Positions 52,832-61,997 of a stretch of 61,997 nucleotides of DNA are shown here, one piece after another (position 1 is the first letter of the stretch; the number at the start of each line of letters is the position of its first letter). Position numbers and translations under genes: made by a program. Source of the DNA: a bacterium (GTDB lineage Bacteria > Patescibacteriota > Patescibacteriia > CAZCGY01); the NCBI GenBank assembly GCA_043807225.1, contig JAZDGG010000067.1, positions 1 through 61,997 on the forward strand. The letters are read 5' to 3'. The notes under the pieces are model-generated. The model ran no database searches. It had not been told where the DNA came from and saw only the letters and a program-made list of their open reading frames with translations.

Positions 52832-54115
52832 TCAGGAATTGAGAAAAAATGGGTACGTGACGAGAGGAATCGACGTTGCCAGCACGAGTGCCCAAACTCG
52901 CTGGCGTTCCGGGAGAAGCGGAATAAGGAGAAGAAGCCAGAGAAAATACCACGGCTGGATGTAGACGATGCCGAAAAAGAGAAAGAGTGTGAGGAGGATG
53001 AATGCCGCCGTGGAGAGTATGAGCGTGCCTTTCTGCAAACGAACGAAGAGGACAATCGCGCCGAGAACAACGAGCGCGATTCCGACCACGTGTGCATTCC
53101 CGTGTGCAAGGGATGTTGTCGCGCCAAACGCGTGGAAGAGCATGCTCAGCCATTGAATCGGATGGTAGGGTGGAAGTGCAAAGAACTTTCCGAGAAGAAA
53201 GAGCTCGCGGAATGTGTGCCAACCACTCCAGTACGGGAGAAACGCGGCGGCGAGAAGCGCAACGCTTATGGCTGACGAGAGAAGGAGTGTTTTGGCTCTT
53301 TGCACAACTGCAGTAGGACGTCTCCAGATTGCGACGCAGGCGAGCGGCAGAAGGATCCACGGAACGAATTTGATGAGGCCACCAAGGAGGAGCAGTGGGA
53401 GAACATATGCGGCGCGGCGTTTTTCGTAGGCAACCAGCGCTGCGACGACACAGAGCAGCATCATGACGTCGTTGTGGCCGTTCTGGATCGCCTCGAACAG
53501 CACAAGCGGATTCCACGCGACACAGAGGACTGCCCAACGAAAGAGGTTATTCCGCGCGGGGAGCGACCAGAGCAAAGCGGTGATCGCGAGAAGCGCCGCG
53601 AGATTGAGCAGACGGAACACTGTGAGCGTCAATGCGATGTGCTCACCAGTTACCGACGTGACGAGCGCCGTGAAAGTCAGCCACGCAGGACCATACGTGG
53701 ATTGAAACGGCGCTGTCGCGAGTGTGTGGGTGAAATAGACATCGTGGATTGTCGTGGCAGAGGAGATGGTGTACGGATTGAAATGGTGAACGGTGATGAG
53801 CCGTCCGTAGTACGCGTTCGCATACAGATCCGTCGATCCGAGCGGCGAAAAGAGCACCAGAGGGATCGAGAGAAGGACCGTTCCGAGGAGCACCGTAGTC
53901 AGCGGAGGAATAGTCGTCGTTGACCGACGACGGACGATGAAGAAGAGATAGGCAGCGAGAAGCGCGACAAGGGTCAGTGCCGTGACTCCGTGGCTTTGGG
54001 ACGCGGGAAGACCTGGATTCCGCAACAGCATCCACGCGAATCCAAAACCCGCGAAGGAGAGGAGCAGTGCAAGGGCGAGATACGCTTTCTGATGATGCTC
54101 GAAAAGGCGGATCAT
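52832..54115 (-). CDS. GT-C type integral membrane glycosyltransferase (DUF2029 / GT87-like)
   Basis: ATG 54115 forms an ATGA overlap with the helicase stop. GSTDLYANAYYGRL...NPY...YGPAW...WNPLVLFEAIQNGHNDV and about 10 TM helices support the call. Confidence 0.65.
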   Translation of the reverse strand: MIRLFEHHQKAYLALALLLSFAGFGFAWMLLRNPGLPASQSHGVTALTLVALLAAYLFFIVRRRSTTTIPPLTTVLLGTVLLSIPLVLFSPLGSTDLYANAYYGRLITVHHFNPYTISSATTIHDVYFTHTLATAPFQSTYGPAWLTFTALVTSVTGEHIALTLTVFRLLNLAALLAITALLWSLPARNNLFRWAVLCVAWNPLVLFEAIQNGHNDVMMLLCVVAALVAYEKRRAAYVLPLLLLGGLIKFVPWILLPLACVAIWRRPTAVVQRAKTLLLSSAISVALLAAAFLPYWSGWHTFRELFLLGKFFALPPYHPIQWLSMLFHAFGATTSLAHGNAHVVGIALVVLGAIVLFVRLQKGTLILSTAAFILLTLFLFFGIVYIQPWYFLWLLLLIPLLPERQRVWALVLATSIPLVTYPFFLNS

Positions 54116-57081
54116 ACTTCGCGATCTTCGCATATCTCCCGAAAATCGCAGTACCGGCACTGCCATCCTGGCGTTGCGCGAAATGTGCTCGTTTTGATTG
54201 CGGCAATCCTTTCAAGAATACGCTTTTTTGTTGCTGCCATCGTTTGCTCGCTCACCGTAAAGGATATTTCTGTGTCGTGTTCGATGTAGAGGTAGACGAG
54301 TTTCTGCGGGCGTAATCCGAGAACGTCCTTGGCAGCCATCGCATAGAGCATAAGCTGATCAAGATCCTCCTCCGCTTTCTTTTTGGGCACGGAGCCGGTT
54401 TTGTAGTCGATGATGATCACATCCTTCCCCGATCCCGGAACTGCATCAATGCGATCAATAAAGCCGCGGAGGGTGCATGAGCCGAGTTTGAGATTGAATT
54501 CCTTTTCAATCGCGAGAGGCGAAGCAATCTTGCGCGAGCTGATCTTCCGATAGTGCGTTGTGAGTGCGACGCGTCCCGCTTCCTTTCGTTTCTGCTCATC
54601 GGCATCCGATGCATACCAATCCCCTATCCAGTTCTTCTCATAGAGTTGGAGCAGCTCCTTCTCGCTTGGCATGACGGACTCCTGGAGGCGACGGAAAAAG
54701 TCTCGGAGCGTGGCATGGATGGATTTGCCAAAGGAGAAATTCGGATTGCCGGTGACCGGAATCTTGAGGATGTGCGCATACCAGTACTGCTTCGGGCACG
54801 CGCGAAAGGCAGCAAGTTGCGTGTAGCTAAACCGTGAAGGAAGCTCATAGGTCGCCGCAGAAAGACGCCGTTGTGCATGTGGAGCATGGGAAAGGTCAAG
54901 CCCAAGCTGTTTCGGTTTTGCTGAAGGGGAGATCGCTGCGTCAACGAATCCAAGTTCAGAGAGAAATCGTGATGGTTTTTTCTTTCGCGCTCCGCCGTAA
55001 TCTTCTGCCGACGATAGAAAAACTCCCTTCTTCGCGCGCGTGATGCCGACATAGAGCAGCCGCCGTTCCTCCTCAAGATGCGCGTCACCCGCAAAGACGA
55101 TTTCGCGGATGAGCGCATCGGGGAGTGCGATGGCCTCCCGCCGTTCGACCGAGGGAAACCGCTGGTCAACGAGTTGCGGAAGAAAGACGTACGAAAACTC
55201 CAGCCCCTTTGCGCCGTGGACGGTCATCAGCCTGACCGCCTCAGGCCCTTCATCCGTGACGGCGGGTGATGGATCTTCGCCGATTTCGACAACCAGATTC
55301 GTCTCTTCAATGAATGCGCGGACGCTTGTATCGTCGTTCGTTTCTTCAAACTCGCGGATGCGCCGGTAGAACTTGGCAATGTTCAGGATGCGCGCGCTAT
55401 CGCGGTCGCGATCAAAGCGGTCAAGATACTTCGTCGCCCGAAGGAATCCATAGAGCACTTCGCCGGCGGTCTTCGTGTGCGCAAACTCGGCATGCTCGTG
55501 GACGAGTGTCAGGAGGGCAAGAAGATGTCTTCGTCCCTCTGCAGTGATTCCCGCAATGGCGTCTGCCTGCTCGGCGGCAAGGTAGAGCGAGAGGTGCTTT
55601 TGCTGCGCGAAGCGGAGGAGGAGGGTGATGTCTCGGTGCGAGATGTGAAAGACCTCCATGGAGAGTACGCGAAAGAACGCCGGGCTTTCATGGTAGTTAT
55701 CCAGCATTTTGAGGAAGGCGATGAGATCAAGCACTTCCGGCCGCTGGTAGAGCCCACGTGCCGCGAGAAAGTGGAACGGAATGCCCGCACGTTCGCAGCG
55801 CCGAAGAAACAAATCCGCTTGACTGTTCGCGCGAAGGAGGATTGCAAAATCGTTCCACGTACTTTCGGGATCAGCGTTTTTCAATTCGAGGATGCGTTCC
55901 ACGACCCAGGTTGCCTCTGCATCATCCGTTGAGAACCGGTCGTAGAGGATGATCCCCTTCCCCCGGACGCCGGCGTGGAGTTTTTTGCTCAAGGGATGCG
56001 TCAGTGGTTTGCCTTTTGGGCCAACATCCGTTGCGCCGAGGCGTGCTTCGAGCCGGTGGGGATTGTTCTGCTGGATGAACCGATACGCGAGATCAAGGAT
56101 GTTCTGCCGTGAACGGTAGTTTTCGGTGAGGACAACTTCGTCACTCTTTGGAAAATCCTTTTTGAATTCGAGAATGTTCGAGACCGCTGCACCGCGGAAT
56201 TTATAGATCGACTGGTCGTCGTCACCAACGGTTGTCACATTCTGTGCTGCACCTGCGAGAAGTTTGACAAGCTCATACTGGGCATAGTTCGTATCTTGAA
56301 ACTCATCGACGAGCAAGTACCGATACCGCTTTTGGAGATCCGCGAGGATCTTCGGCCGCTCGCGAAACAGCCGGAGTGTTTGCACGATACAGTCGCCAAA
56401 GTCGATGTGGCCAGATTCCCGAAGGAGCGCTTCATAGGTCGCATAGGCACCAGCAACCTCCGTGAGCCGCGCGGCCTCGCTTCGTTCGTCGTCCCCTCCC
56501 TTCTTCGCATGGATGAGCGCTTTCTTCGCCAACGTGCGATAGTCGTCTGGTATGATGTTTTCGTCTTTTGCGCGAGAGAAATGCTCAAGCAGCGCATGGA
56601 GAAAGCGCGTCGGGTTCCCCAGCGGTTTGTAGTAAGAAAGTGAGAAACGGTCGAGGTTCCTTCTCAGAAGGAGCCACTGGTCTGCCGCAGAAAGAAGCTT
56701 GAAATCCGTTGAGAGTCCGATCTCCAGGCCAAAGTCGCGGAGGATACGTTCGCCAAACGCGTGGAAGGTGGAAACGGCGATATCGACGTAGCCATATGGA
56801 AGCAGTCGGTCGACGCGCTCTTCCATCTCTCCCGCTGCCTTGTCGGTGAACGTGAGTGCAAGGATTTCTTCCGGCTTTGCCTTCCCTTCGCGGATGAGCC
56901 ACGCGATGCGTTCCGCGATCACGGTCGTCTTCCCCGTCCCTGCGCCAGCGACAATCAAGAGCGGACCCTCGCCATGTGTCACCGCCTTTCGTTGTGCAGG
57001 ATTCAGCGGGTACCCAAACGCCAACCATTTTTTCGGCGACGCTTTCTTTCTCGCGGGAGTTCGTGGTTTTCGGCAAGCCAT
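54112..57081 (-). CDS. UvrD/PcrA-type ATP-dependent DNA helicase fused to a C-terminal PD-(D/E)XK (Cas4/AddB-like) nuclease with a Cys cluster
   Basis: I take ATG 57081. The product has Walker A AGAGTGKTT, LLVDEFQDTN, VGDDDQSIYKFRGA and TVHGAKGLEF. The C-terminus has IDRIDA...IIIDYKTG and ...QCRYCDFREIC. Confidence 0.9.
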   Translation of the reverse strand: MACRKPRTPARKKASPKKWLAFGYPLNPAQRKAVTHGEGPLLIVAGAGTGKTTVIAERIAWLIREGKAKPEEILALTFTDKAAGEMEERVDRLLPYGYVDIAVSTFHAFGERILRDFGLEIGLSTDFKLLSAADQWLLLRRNLDRFSLSYYKPLGNPTRFLHALLEHFSRAKDENIIPDDYRTLAKKALIHAKKGGDDERSEAARLTEVAGAYATYEALLRESGHIDFGDCIVQTLRLFRERPKILADLQKRYRYLLVDEFQDTNYAQYELVKLLAGAAQNVTTVGDDDQSIYKFRGAAVSNILEFKKDFPKSDEVVLTENYRSRQNILDLAYRFIQQNNPHRLEARLGATDVGPKGKPLTHPLSKKLHAGVRGKGIILYDRFSTDDAEATWVVERILELKNADPESTWNDFAILLRANSQADLFLRRCERAGIPFHFLAARGLYQRPEVLDLIAFLKMLDNYHESPAFFRVLSMEVFHISHRDITLLLRFAQQKHLSLYLAAEQADAIAGITAEGRRHLLALLTLVHEHAEFAHTKTAGEVLYGFLRATKYLDRFDRDRDSARILNIAKFYRRIREFEETNDDTSVRAFIEETNLVVEIGEDPSPAVTDEGPEAVRLMTVHGAKGLEFSYVFLPQLVDQRFPSVERREAIALPDALIREIVFAGDAHLEEERRLLYVGITRAKKGVFLSSAEDYGGARKKKPSRFLSELGFVDAAISPSAKPKQLGLDLSHAPHAQRRLSAATYELPSRFSYTQLAAFRACPKQYWYAHILKIPVTGNPNFSFGKSIHATLRDFFRRLQESVMPSEKELLQLYEKNWIGDWYASDADEQKRKEAGRVALTTHYRKISSRKIASPLAIEKEFNLKLGSCTLRGFIDRIDAVPGSGKDVIIIDYKTGSVPKKKAEEDLDQLMLYAMAAKDVLGLRPQKLVYLYIEHDTEISFTVSEQTMAATKKRILERIAAIKTSTFRATPGWQCRYCDFREICEDREV

Positions 57082-57142
57082 GTTGAGACAAGTATACCAT
57101 GATGAGACTGAGAAGAAATTTTTCACCGTATGCACAATTCTA

Positions 57143-57171
57143 TTGACAAAATATGTTTCTTGGCCTAGGTT
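57143..57171 (+). promoter_or_regulatory. Sigma70-like promoter (TTGACA-N17-TAGGTT) for the FabH-like gene
   Basis: The hexamers lie at 57143..57148 and 57166..57171. Confidence 0.5.
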
Positions 57172-57241
57172 TTCGTCAGGAGTTCTTTCGACAAACGGAT
57201 GCAGAACATTCACCGGAATGGTTGCGAAGGAGGGAGAAGCC

Positions 57242-58459
57242 GTGTTCGGAGCGCGTATTGTCGGCATTGGCGTTGCGATCCCGGGGACGAATATCCCTGG
57301 GAGAATCGTCACGAATGACATGATTGCCGAGGAACTTCTTACTCGGCGAGAACGGCTGGTCAATGAGGGAAAGATTCTCACACCGGCGAAGTGGGAAGTG
57401 CTGCCGCTGGACATCCAGAAGCTTCATCGATCGCGATGGGGACAGTTCGAGTCAGACAGCGCGTGGATCGTCAGCCACACCGGTATCCACACGCGACGGT
57501 TCCTCGATCCTGAATTTGCCACAAGCGATCTGGCTGCGACAGCGGGTCAGATGGCGCTGCGCATGGCGGGCTGGGAGCCGAAGGACGTCCAGTTCGTCAT
57601 CGTCGCAACGGTCACGCCAGACTTCCCTACGACCCCGCCAACGGCCGCCATTGTACAAGAGAAGCTCGGTATTCCGGCGAATGATGATGAGGGAGCTCTC
57701 GAGATCGACGGCTTTGACCTCACGTGTGCGTGCTCAAGCTGGGGAAAAGCGCTGATGATGGGGTACGCACTTATTCGATCGGGCATGGCGGAACGCATTC
57801 TCGTCATCGGGGCGGACGTCATGTCGCGAACGAGCACGAAGACACACTCGCTCTACCCGATTCTCGCGGATGGCGGCGGTGCGGTCGCACTTGCTCGGCT
57901 GGATTCCGGAGACGACTTTTTCGGCCGTCGGGGTTTTCGTGGCGGTCTCGATGGATCGCTCGCCGACCTCATCGTCACCGAATACGGCGGGTCACGTCAT
58001 CCGATCGAGGATGCGCGCATCTTTGACGATCCGGTCGCTTTCCTCCACCTCATGCGGATGGCCGGCCCGTACGTGAAAAAGAATGCTGTGCGCCTGTTGA
58101 CTGGTTTTGGATCGCGCATTGGCATTATCGAGCAAGCCGTGCGCAAGGCGGGTCTTGACTTCTCCGACCTCGATGCACTCTTTGTTCATCAGGCAAACTC
58201 CGAGATCACCGGGCCGGTGGTCGAAAAGGTTGCCGACAAAGGATTCCTCGGTATTGCGCCGAAGAACATCGAACGAGTCGGCAACACCACTTCCGCCTCC
58301 GTCCCGACCCTGCTCTTTGAAGCGTGGCGTGACGGGAAGCTCAAGGATCATCCGCTCGTCATGACCGTCGTGTTCGGTGGGGGGTTCTCGTGGGCAACCG
58401 CGCTGTTCTGGTGGACTCTGCCTGCTCCCACCAACCCATCTGACGTCGTTCAGTTCTAA
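57242..58459 (+). CDS. 3-oxoacyl-ACP synthase III (FabH)-like condensing enzyme with an N-terminal insertion
   Basis: GTG 57242 follows GAAGGAGGGAG; ATG 57218 is also possible. The catalytic triad context is DLTCACSS (Cys), FVHQAN (His) and VGNTTSASVP (Asn). Confidence 0.85.
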   Translation: MFGARIVGIGVAIPGTNIPGRIVTNDMIAEELLTRRERLVNEGKILTPAKWEVLPLDIQKLHRSRWGQFESDSAWIVSHTGIHTRRFLDPEFATSDLAATAGQMALRMAGWEPKDVQFVIVATVTPDFPTTPPTAAIVQEKLGIPANDDEGALEIDGFDLTCACSSWGKALMMGYALIRSGMAERILVIGADVMSRTSTKTHSLYPILADGGGAVALARLDSGDDFFGRRGFRGGLDGSLADLIVTEYGGSRHPIEDARIFDDPVAFLHLMRMAGPYVKKNAVRLLTGFGSRIGIIEQAVRKAGLDFSDLDALFVHQANSEITGPVVEKVADKGFLGIAPKNIERVGNTTSASVPTLLFEAWRDGKLKDHPLVMTVVFGGGFSWATALFWWTLPAPTNPSDVVQF

Positions 58460-58465
58460 CCCTTC

Positions 58466-58496
58466 CTCCTCCACGCCCGAGTGGAGGAGTTTTCTT
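58466..58496 (+). terminator. Intrinsic terminator after the FabH-like gene
   Basis: The stem CTCCTCCAC/GTGGAGGAG (9 bp) with loop GCCCGA is followed by TTTTCTT. Confidence 0.7.
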
Positions 58497-58523
58497 GCCG
58501 CGATCAACGATGGAGAGCGAGAC

Positions 58524-58552
58524 TTGACAGGATGTTGTGGTTTTGTTAGGTT
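58524..58552 (+). promoter_or_regulatory. Sigma70-like promoter (TTGACA-N17-TAGGTT) for 58619..58783
   Basis: The hexamers lie at 58524..58529 and 58547..58552. Confidence 0.5.
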
Positions 58553-58618
58553 TGCAGCCGTCATCGGTTGTCATCAATGATCCTTTCTCACCGCCACCTT
58601 CGCAAAGGAGAAGACACC

Positions 58619-58783
58619 ATGAAGCGAAGCACCAGCGGGCGGCGGAAGAAGCGTGTGCGCAAGCGTGCGCAGCCGCCCACCCGGACGTATCTGGTGACCA
58701 CGCCAAAAGGCCGCACCGTTCGATTCATCGACGGCGTACCAGAGAGCATCAAGCGAACGCCAGTTCGCCAGAAGAAGTCGTAG
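58619..58783 (+). CDS. Small highly basic protein (54 aa)
   Basis: ATG 58619 follows AAAGGAG and has its own consensus promoter. The product is MKRSTSGRRKKRVRKRAQPPTRTYLVTTPKGRTVRFIDGVPESIKRTPVRQKKS. Confidence 0.45.
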   Translation: MKRSTSGRRKKRVRKRAQPPTRTYLVTTPKGRTVRFIDGVPESIKRTPVRQKKS

Positions 58784-58785
58784 GT

Positions 58786-59829
58786 TTACGCCGCAAGCAG
58801 CAACTCCTTTGTTCCGTTTTCCAAGAGATCCTCTGTCCCCTCCCGCGCCCCCAGCGCTTTGACGTTTTGGGGGTGTTTTTCTTTTTCAATTCTTTGCAAC
58901 TCCTGGATCGCGTCAATATGCTGAAACACCGTTTTCCCAAGATCATCTCCTCCTTCAGTCATCACTGGCCGAAGATCATCTAATGTCTCAACGAGCTTTG
59001 CCCATTCGGTTGAAAGAAGTTCCTGAGAAAGCGGGATGGCATTGAGAGAGTGCAGCAAAGGTTCAATACCCCGTAGCTCTGGATGTTGGGTTATGGTTCG
59101 CGTCCGGAAGTGAAGATATGCGCGAAGCGCCCGTTCTGTATACACCGCAAGTTGCTTTTCAATTTGATGCATCATGCCAAACTGCAGCGGGTGTGCGTCA
59201 ATTGCCTCTCCGCCTGCGCGAGATCCGAGCGCGGCAACAAAATCCTGAAAGAGCCGTTCAATATTTTCGCTGTCAGTTCCAATCACCACTCGGGGCATGA
59301 CGATTTTTCCACGTGGCTCTTCACTATCACCAGCGTAATACTTCACGCCGGTTTTCCAACCCTTCTCAAGTCCATCGGCGATCCGTCCCACCTTTCTTTG
59401 GATGCGTTCCCGCGTCTCTTTTTCATCAAATTGTTCTCCGGTCGTTACATCAATGCCAAGAAACAGCGGTTCACCGTCTGGTTGGTTGAACCGGACGATA
59501 ATATCAACACCATTGAACAGATCGTCATACTCACTCACCGGAGTTACTTCGGTATCTGGGCCAAACCAATTGCGAGAATAGATGCCGTCAAGCATCATAT
59601 ACTCCAGTCGCATTGCATCTCGGCCACGAGCGTGAAATTCTCTCTTTCGTTCTCGGAGAGTACGCTCATCGGCTTCACGCGTTTGTTCATCATATAGATC
59701 GGAAAAATCATCAATTGAGGGTCGAACGGATTCCCATTGATTAATAATCTTCTGATCAAACAGCTCATTGCCTGATGACTGTTCCCGGTCAATTTTCTCC
59801 AGAATTGCATCTGGTCGTTCGAATCCCAT
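58786..59829 (-). CDS. Hypothetical protein (347 aa), downstream partner of rmuC
   Basis: This full ORF starts 6 nt after the rmuC stop. I did not recognise any family. Confidence 0.6.
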   Translation of the reverse strand: MGFERPDAILEKIDREQSSGNELFDQKIINQWESVRPSIDDFSDLYDEQTREADERTLRERKREFHARGRDAMRLEYMMLDGIYSRNWFGPDTEVTPVSEYDDLFNGVDIIVRFNQPDGEPLFLGIDVTTGEQFDEKETRERIQRKVGRIADGLEKGWKTGVKYYAGDSEEPRGKIVMPRVVIGTDSENIERLFQDFVAALGSRAGGEAIDAHPLQFGMMHQIEKQLAVYTERALRAYLHFRTRTITQHPELRGIEPLLHSLNAIPLSQELLSTEWAKLVETLDDLRPVMTEGGDDLGKTVFQHIDAIQELQRIEKEKHPQNVKALGAREGTEDLLENGTKELLLAA

Positions 59830-59835
59830 GGTTGA

Positions 59836-60933
59836 TTATTCGTTGATATCCGGCTTCTCGAGCACCAGCGGCTCGACCTCGCCTGACACCCCAGAAATCT
59901 TCATCACATCCTTGTCGATCTTCCCAAACTCCTTGTAGGCGGCGTTGTAGGTATTGACGGTCGTTCCGAGCTGGTTGCCGAGTTTTTGGAGATAGGTTTC
60001 GTAGCTTTGGAAGTGTTTTGCGAGCTGTTCGACGTTCTTGCGGATCTCTTTTGCGGACTCCTCAATCTGGAGCGCGCGCAGCCCCTGGAGCACGGTCTGG
60101 AGATACGCTAGGAATGAGGTGGGAGAAACAATGATGACGTGGTACTTGCTTGCCGCGCGCTGGATGAGGTTCTCGGTATCGCCGTGGAGCGCGCCGATTT
60201 TGTTGACGATGAGGTCATAGTAAATCGCCTCATGCGGGATGAACATGAACGCAAAGTCGACCGTCTTTTCTTCCGGCCGAATGTACTTTGCCGTTTCTTG
60301 AATGCGCATCTTGAGGTCGTTCAAAAACGTTTTTTCAAGACGTCCGCGTTCAGTTTCGTCGCGCTCCTCCGCAATGCGGTTGTAGTTCTCGAGAGAAAAC
60401 TTGGAATCAATCGGGATGATTTTTTCTTTGACGCGAACGATGGCATCGACAATCTCGCCATCGGAAAATTTATACTGCATCTGGAACGCGTCGGGCGGAA
60501 GGACGTTTTTGAGCACCGTTTCGAGATAATACTCGCCAAGCACCCCCCGTTGCTTTGGATTCTTGAGAATGTCTTGGAGACTTTGGAGCTGGTCGGCAAA
60601 GTTGACGACCTGTCGGTTCGTCTCGTCGAGTTTCGTCAGCCGCTCCGTCACATCCTGGATGATCTTGGTGCTCTGGCCGAACTGCGTCTGCAGCGTCTGC
60701 TGCATGGTCTTGGTCGTCGCATCGATGCGGGTCTGGATACCCTGGAGGTTTTGGTTGAGCATCACCATGCTCTGATCGCCTTTTTGCGTCTCTTGGAGCT
60801 GCTGAAGCTGATCTGCCACATTCCGGAACCTGCCGACAAAGACCACCAGCAACACTATGCCAACGATGGCAGCGATCCCTCCGAGAATGATGGCGAGAAT
60901 TTCCATGTCGCAAGCATTGTAGCGCGGTTTCAT
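59836..60933 (-). CDS. rmuC: DNA recombination protein RmuC
   Basis: An N-terminal TM helix and coiled coil are followed by a C-terminal RmuC nuclease-like domain (VDFAFMFIPHEAIYYDL...VIIVSPTSFLAYLQTV). The start is 60933 or 60906. Confidence 0.85.
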   Translation of the reverse strand: MKPRYNACDMEILAIILGGIAAIVGIVLLVVFVGRFRNVADQLQQLQETQKGDQSMVMLNQNLQGIQTRIDATTKTMQQTLQTQFGQSTKIIQDVTERLTKLDETNRQVVNFADQLQSLQDILKNPKQRGVLGEYYLETVLKNVLPPDAFQMQYKFSDGEIVDAIVRVKEKIIPIDSKFSLENYNRIAEERDETERGRLEKTFLNDLKMRIQETAKYIRPEEKTVDFAFMFIPHEAIYYDLIVNKIGALHGDTENLIQRAASKYHVIIVSPTSFLAYLQTVLQGLRALQIEESAKEIRKNVEQLAKHFQSYETYLQKLGNQLGTTVNTYNAAYKEFGKIDKDVMKISGVSGEVEPLVLEKPDINE

Positions 60934-60962
60934 GGGTCACGTAAACTCCCCAAAACCGTGAC

Positions 60963-60990
60963 TTGACAGTAGAAGAAAAAGTTGTAGGAT
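60963..60990 (+). promoter_or_regulatory. Sigma70-like promoter (TTGACA-N16-TAGGAT) for 61046..61381
   Basis: The hexamers lie at 60963..60968 and 60985..60990. Confidence 0.45.
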
Positions 60991-61045
60991 GCAGATGATT
61001 TCTATCGGTTCAGCGGCTCTTTCGCATGGACAAAAGGGAGGAACG

Positions 61046-61381
61046 ATGCTGCACTTGGGTGAAGCCGAGTTGATGGCCACGCGGGTCGCACTGACTGTCC
61101 TCGAAAGCCAATTCGGCGGTGCCATTGCGCTGGAGCTGCAAGAGCCCAGCGGCGACGTGTTCACTCGAACGTTTCCGTTCCTCGCGAGCGTCGCGGATGG
61201 TCGGACGATCCCCGGCGACATCACCGTCGCCCGTCCTCGGAGACGCAATCGTTGGTACCCGACGAGCTGCAGCGCGGGCGGGGTTTTCTCCGCCGAGTTC
61301 GTTGGCCCAACGCCGAAGACGAAAAAGGAGCGAAACGGTTATGTTCGCTTCTCGATGATGGTATACGAGGGAGCGGCCTGA
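61046..61381 (+). CDS. Hypothetical protein (111 aa)
   Basis: ATG 61046 follows AAGGGAGG. I did not recognise any family. Confidence 0.45.
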   Translation: MLHLGEAELMATRVALTVLESQFGGAIALELQEPSGDVFTRTFPFLASVADGRTIPGDITVARPRRRNRWYPTSCSAGGVFSAEFVGPTPKTKKERNGYVRFSMMVYEGAA

Positions 61382-61465
61382 CCGCCAGATCCCCAGAGTT
61401 GTTCTGCCGCTTGATGTTCCGAGAGCACCGGGCGGTTTTTTCTTATAGCTCGTGCTGGTAAATCT

Positions 61466-61997
61466 TTATGAAAGACGAACGACGACCTCATTCAGCAGCG
61501 CGAGGAGAAATTGTTGATGGTGCTCGCGTCGCGCATTTTGTTCCGCGAGGCCGGATGACGCGAGATGCTTGGTCTGATTGACTACGTCAAAAAGCGCGCC
61601 GATGCAACGCTCAAAGACAGTGAGCCAAAACGCCTCCTCCAACGAGTCGCGCAGAGAAAGCGTCGATGGCTGTGCTGCCTGGAGTTGGGTACACACTGAA
61701 ACGAGATAGTCGATGTGAGAGCCAACTGGCTGGAGAAACGCCGCGTCACTCATGTGAAGCCACATCGGCCAAATGATCCAGCCAAGATCATAACAGAGGA
61801 ACCGCGACCCAATGTTCACGTTATCAATAAACGCCGCCTTTCTATCCTTCGTGAGAAGAAGGTTATCGAGTGCAAACTTCCACTTTGACGGGTAGTGCCC
61901 TGACCAAAAATCCGCATGTCGATCAATCAACTTCCTGACGGTCAGTGCATCCGAGAGAAGCGTTTCCGCTTGTGCAAAGTGCTTGTTGATTTTTTCA
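61466..61997 (-). CDS. Phosphotransferase (APH/choline-kinase-like) family protein, C-terminal part (5' end beyond the window)
   Basis: The reading frame stays open up to the right edge of the window. HADFWSGHY...AAFIDNVNIGSRFLCYDLGWIIW resembles the HGDxxxxN...IDW...DLA catalytic core. Confidence 0.55.
   Translation of the reverse strand, partial: EKINKHFAQAETLLSDALTVRKLIDRHADFWSGHYPSKWKFALDNLLLTKDRKAAFIDNVNIGSRFLCYDLGWIIWPMWLHMSDAAFLQPVGSHIDYLVSVCTQLQAAQPSTLSLRDSLEEAFWLTVFERCIGALFDVVNQTKHLASSGLAEQNARREHHQQFLLALLNEVVVRLS

Noticed and set aside
57082-57414. N-terminal extension of the helicase ORF (54112..57414), and the matching extension of the FabH-like ORF (56840..57241).
   Set aside because: The two extensions overlap each other and a consensus promoter. 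The conserved protein cores begin at 57081 (MACRKPR..., just before the Walker A motif) and at 57242.

Overview
This 61,997-nt window comes from a compact, moderately GC-rich bacterial genome that uses the standard genetic code; TGA, TAA and TAG all terminate well-conserved genes. I support about 68 protein-coding genes, 3 tRNAs (Trp-CCA, Thr-UGU, Thr-GGU) and one T-box leader. I also list several intrinsic terminators and a set of near-consensus sigma70-type promoters (TTGACA-N17-TAnnnT). There is no rRNA, no CRISPR array and no intact mobile element.

The housekeeping content is large:
- Ribosomal protein genes: rpsB, rpmE, rpmG, rplY, rplK and rplA.
- Translation factors and tRNA-related genes: tsf, prfA-prmC, thrS, pheS-pheT, gatB, miaB and miaA.
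- Replication and transcription: dnaE, gyrB, secE-nusG, a UvrD/PcrA-type helicase-nuclease and rmuC.
- Envelope and transport: a RodA/FtsW-family gene, mgtA and an ABC-2 exporter pair.

A 14.6-kb co-directional gene string (57081 down to 42496, minus strand) is packed with ATGA-type start/stop overlaps. By inference only, several traits suggest a streamlined, CPR/Patescibacteria-like organism: a short EF-Ts, a ThrRS without a TGS domain, a 23S-IVS-type four-helix-bundle ORF, tandem DUF3048 genes, a DUF559 gene and a CarS-like gene.

The observations most worth a second look are:
1. The non-coding, repeat-rich tRNA-Thr locus (about 10.5-11.4 kb). Each intact tRNA-Thr sits between GC-rich complementary leader/trailer segments. 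tRNA-Thr(UGU) also lies between complementary halves of another tRNA-like acceptor stem. A perfect 75-nt direct repeat duplicates the tRNA 3' end, and a third Thr-like copy carries a hairpin in place of its T-loop.
2. A CDP-archaeol-synthase-like (CarS/DUF46) gene coupled to a CDP-alcohol phosphatidyltransferase, between gyrB and secE.
3. A thrS T-box leader whose UGGA bulge matches the U73 discriminator of both local tRNA-Thr genes.
4. A tRNA-Trp with non-canonical D- and T-loops next to a possible recombinase remnant.
5. A two-copy intergenic hairpin repeat.

All functional calls were made by eye from the translated ORFs. No database search was run.
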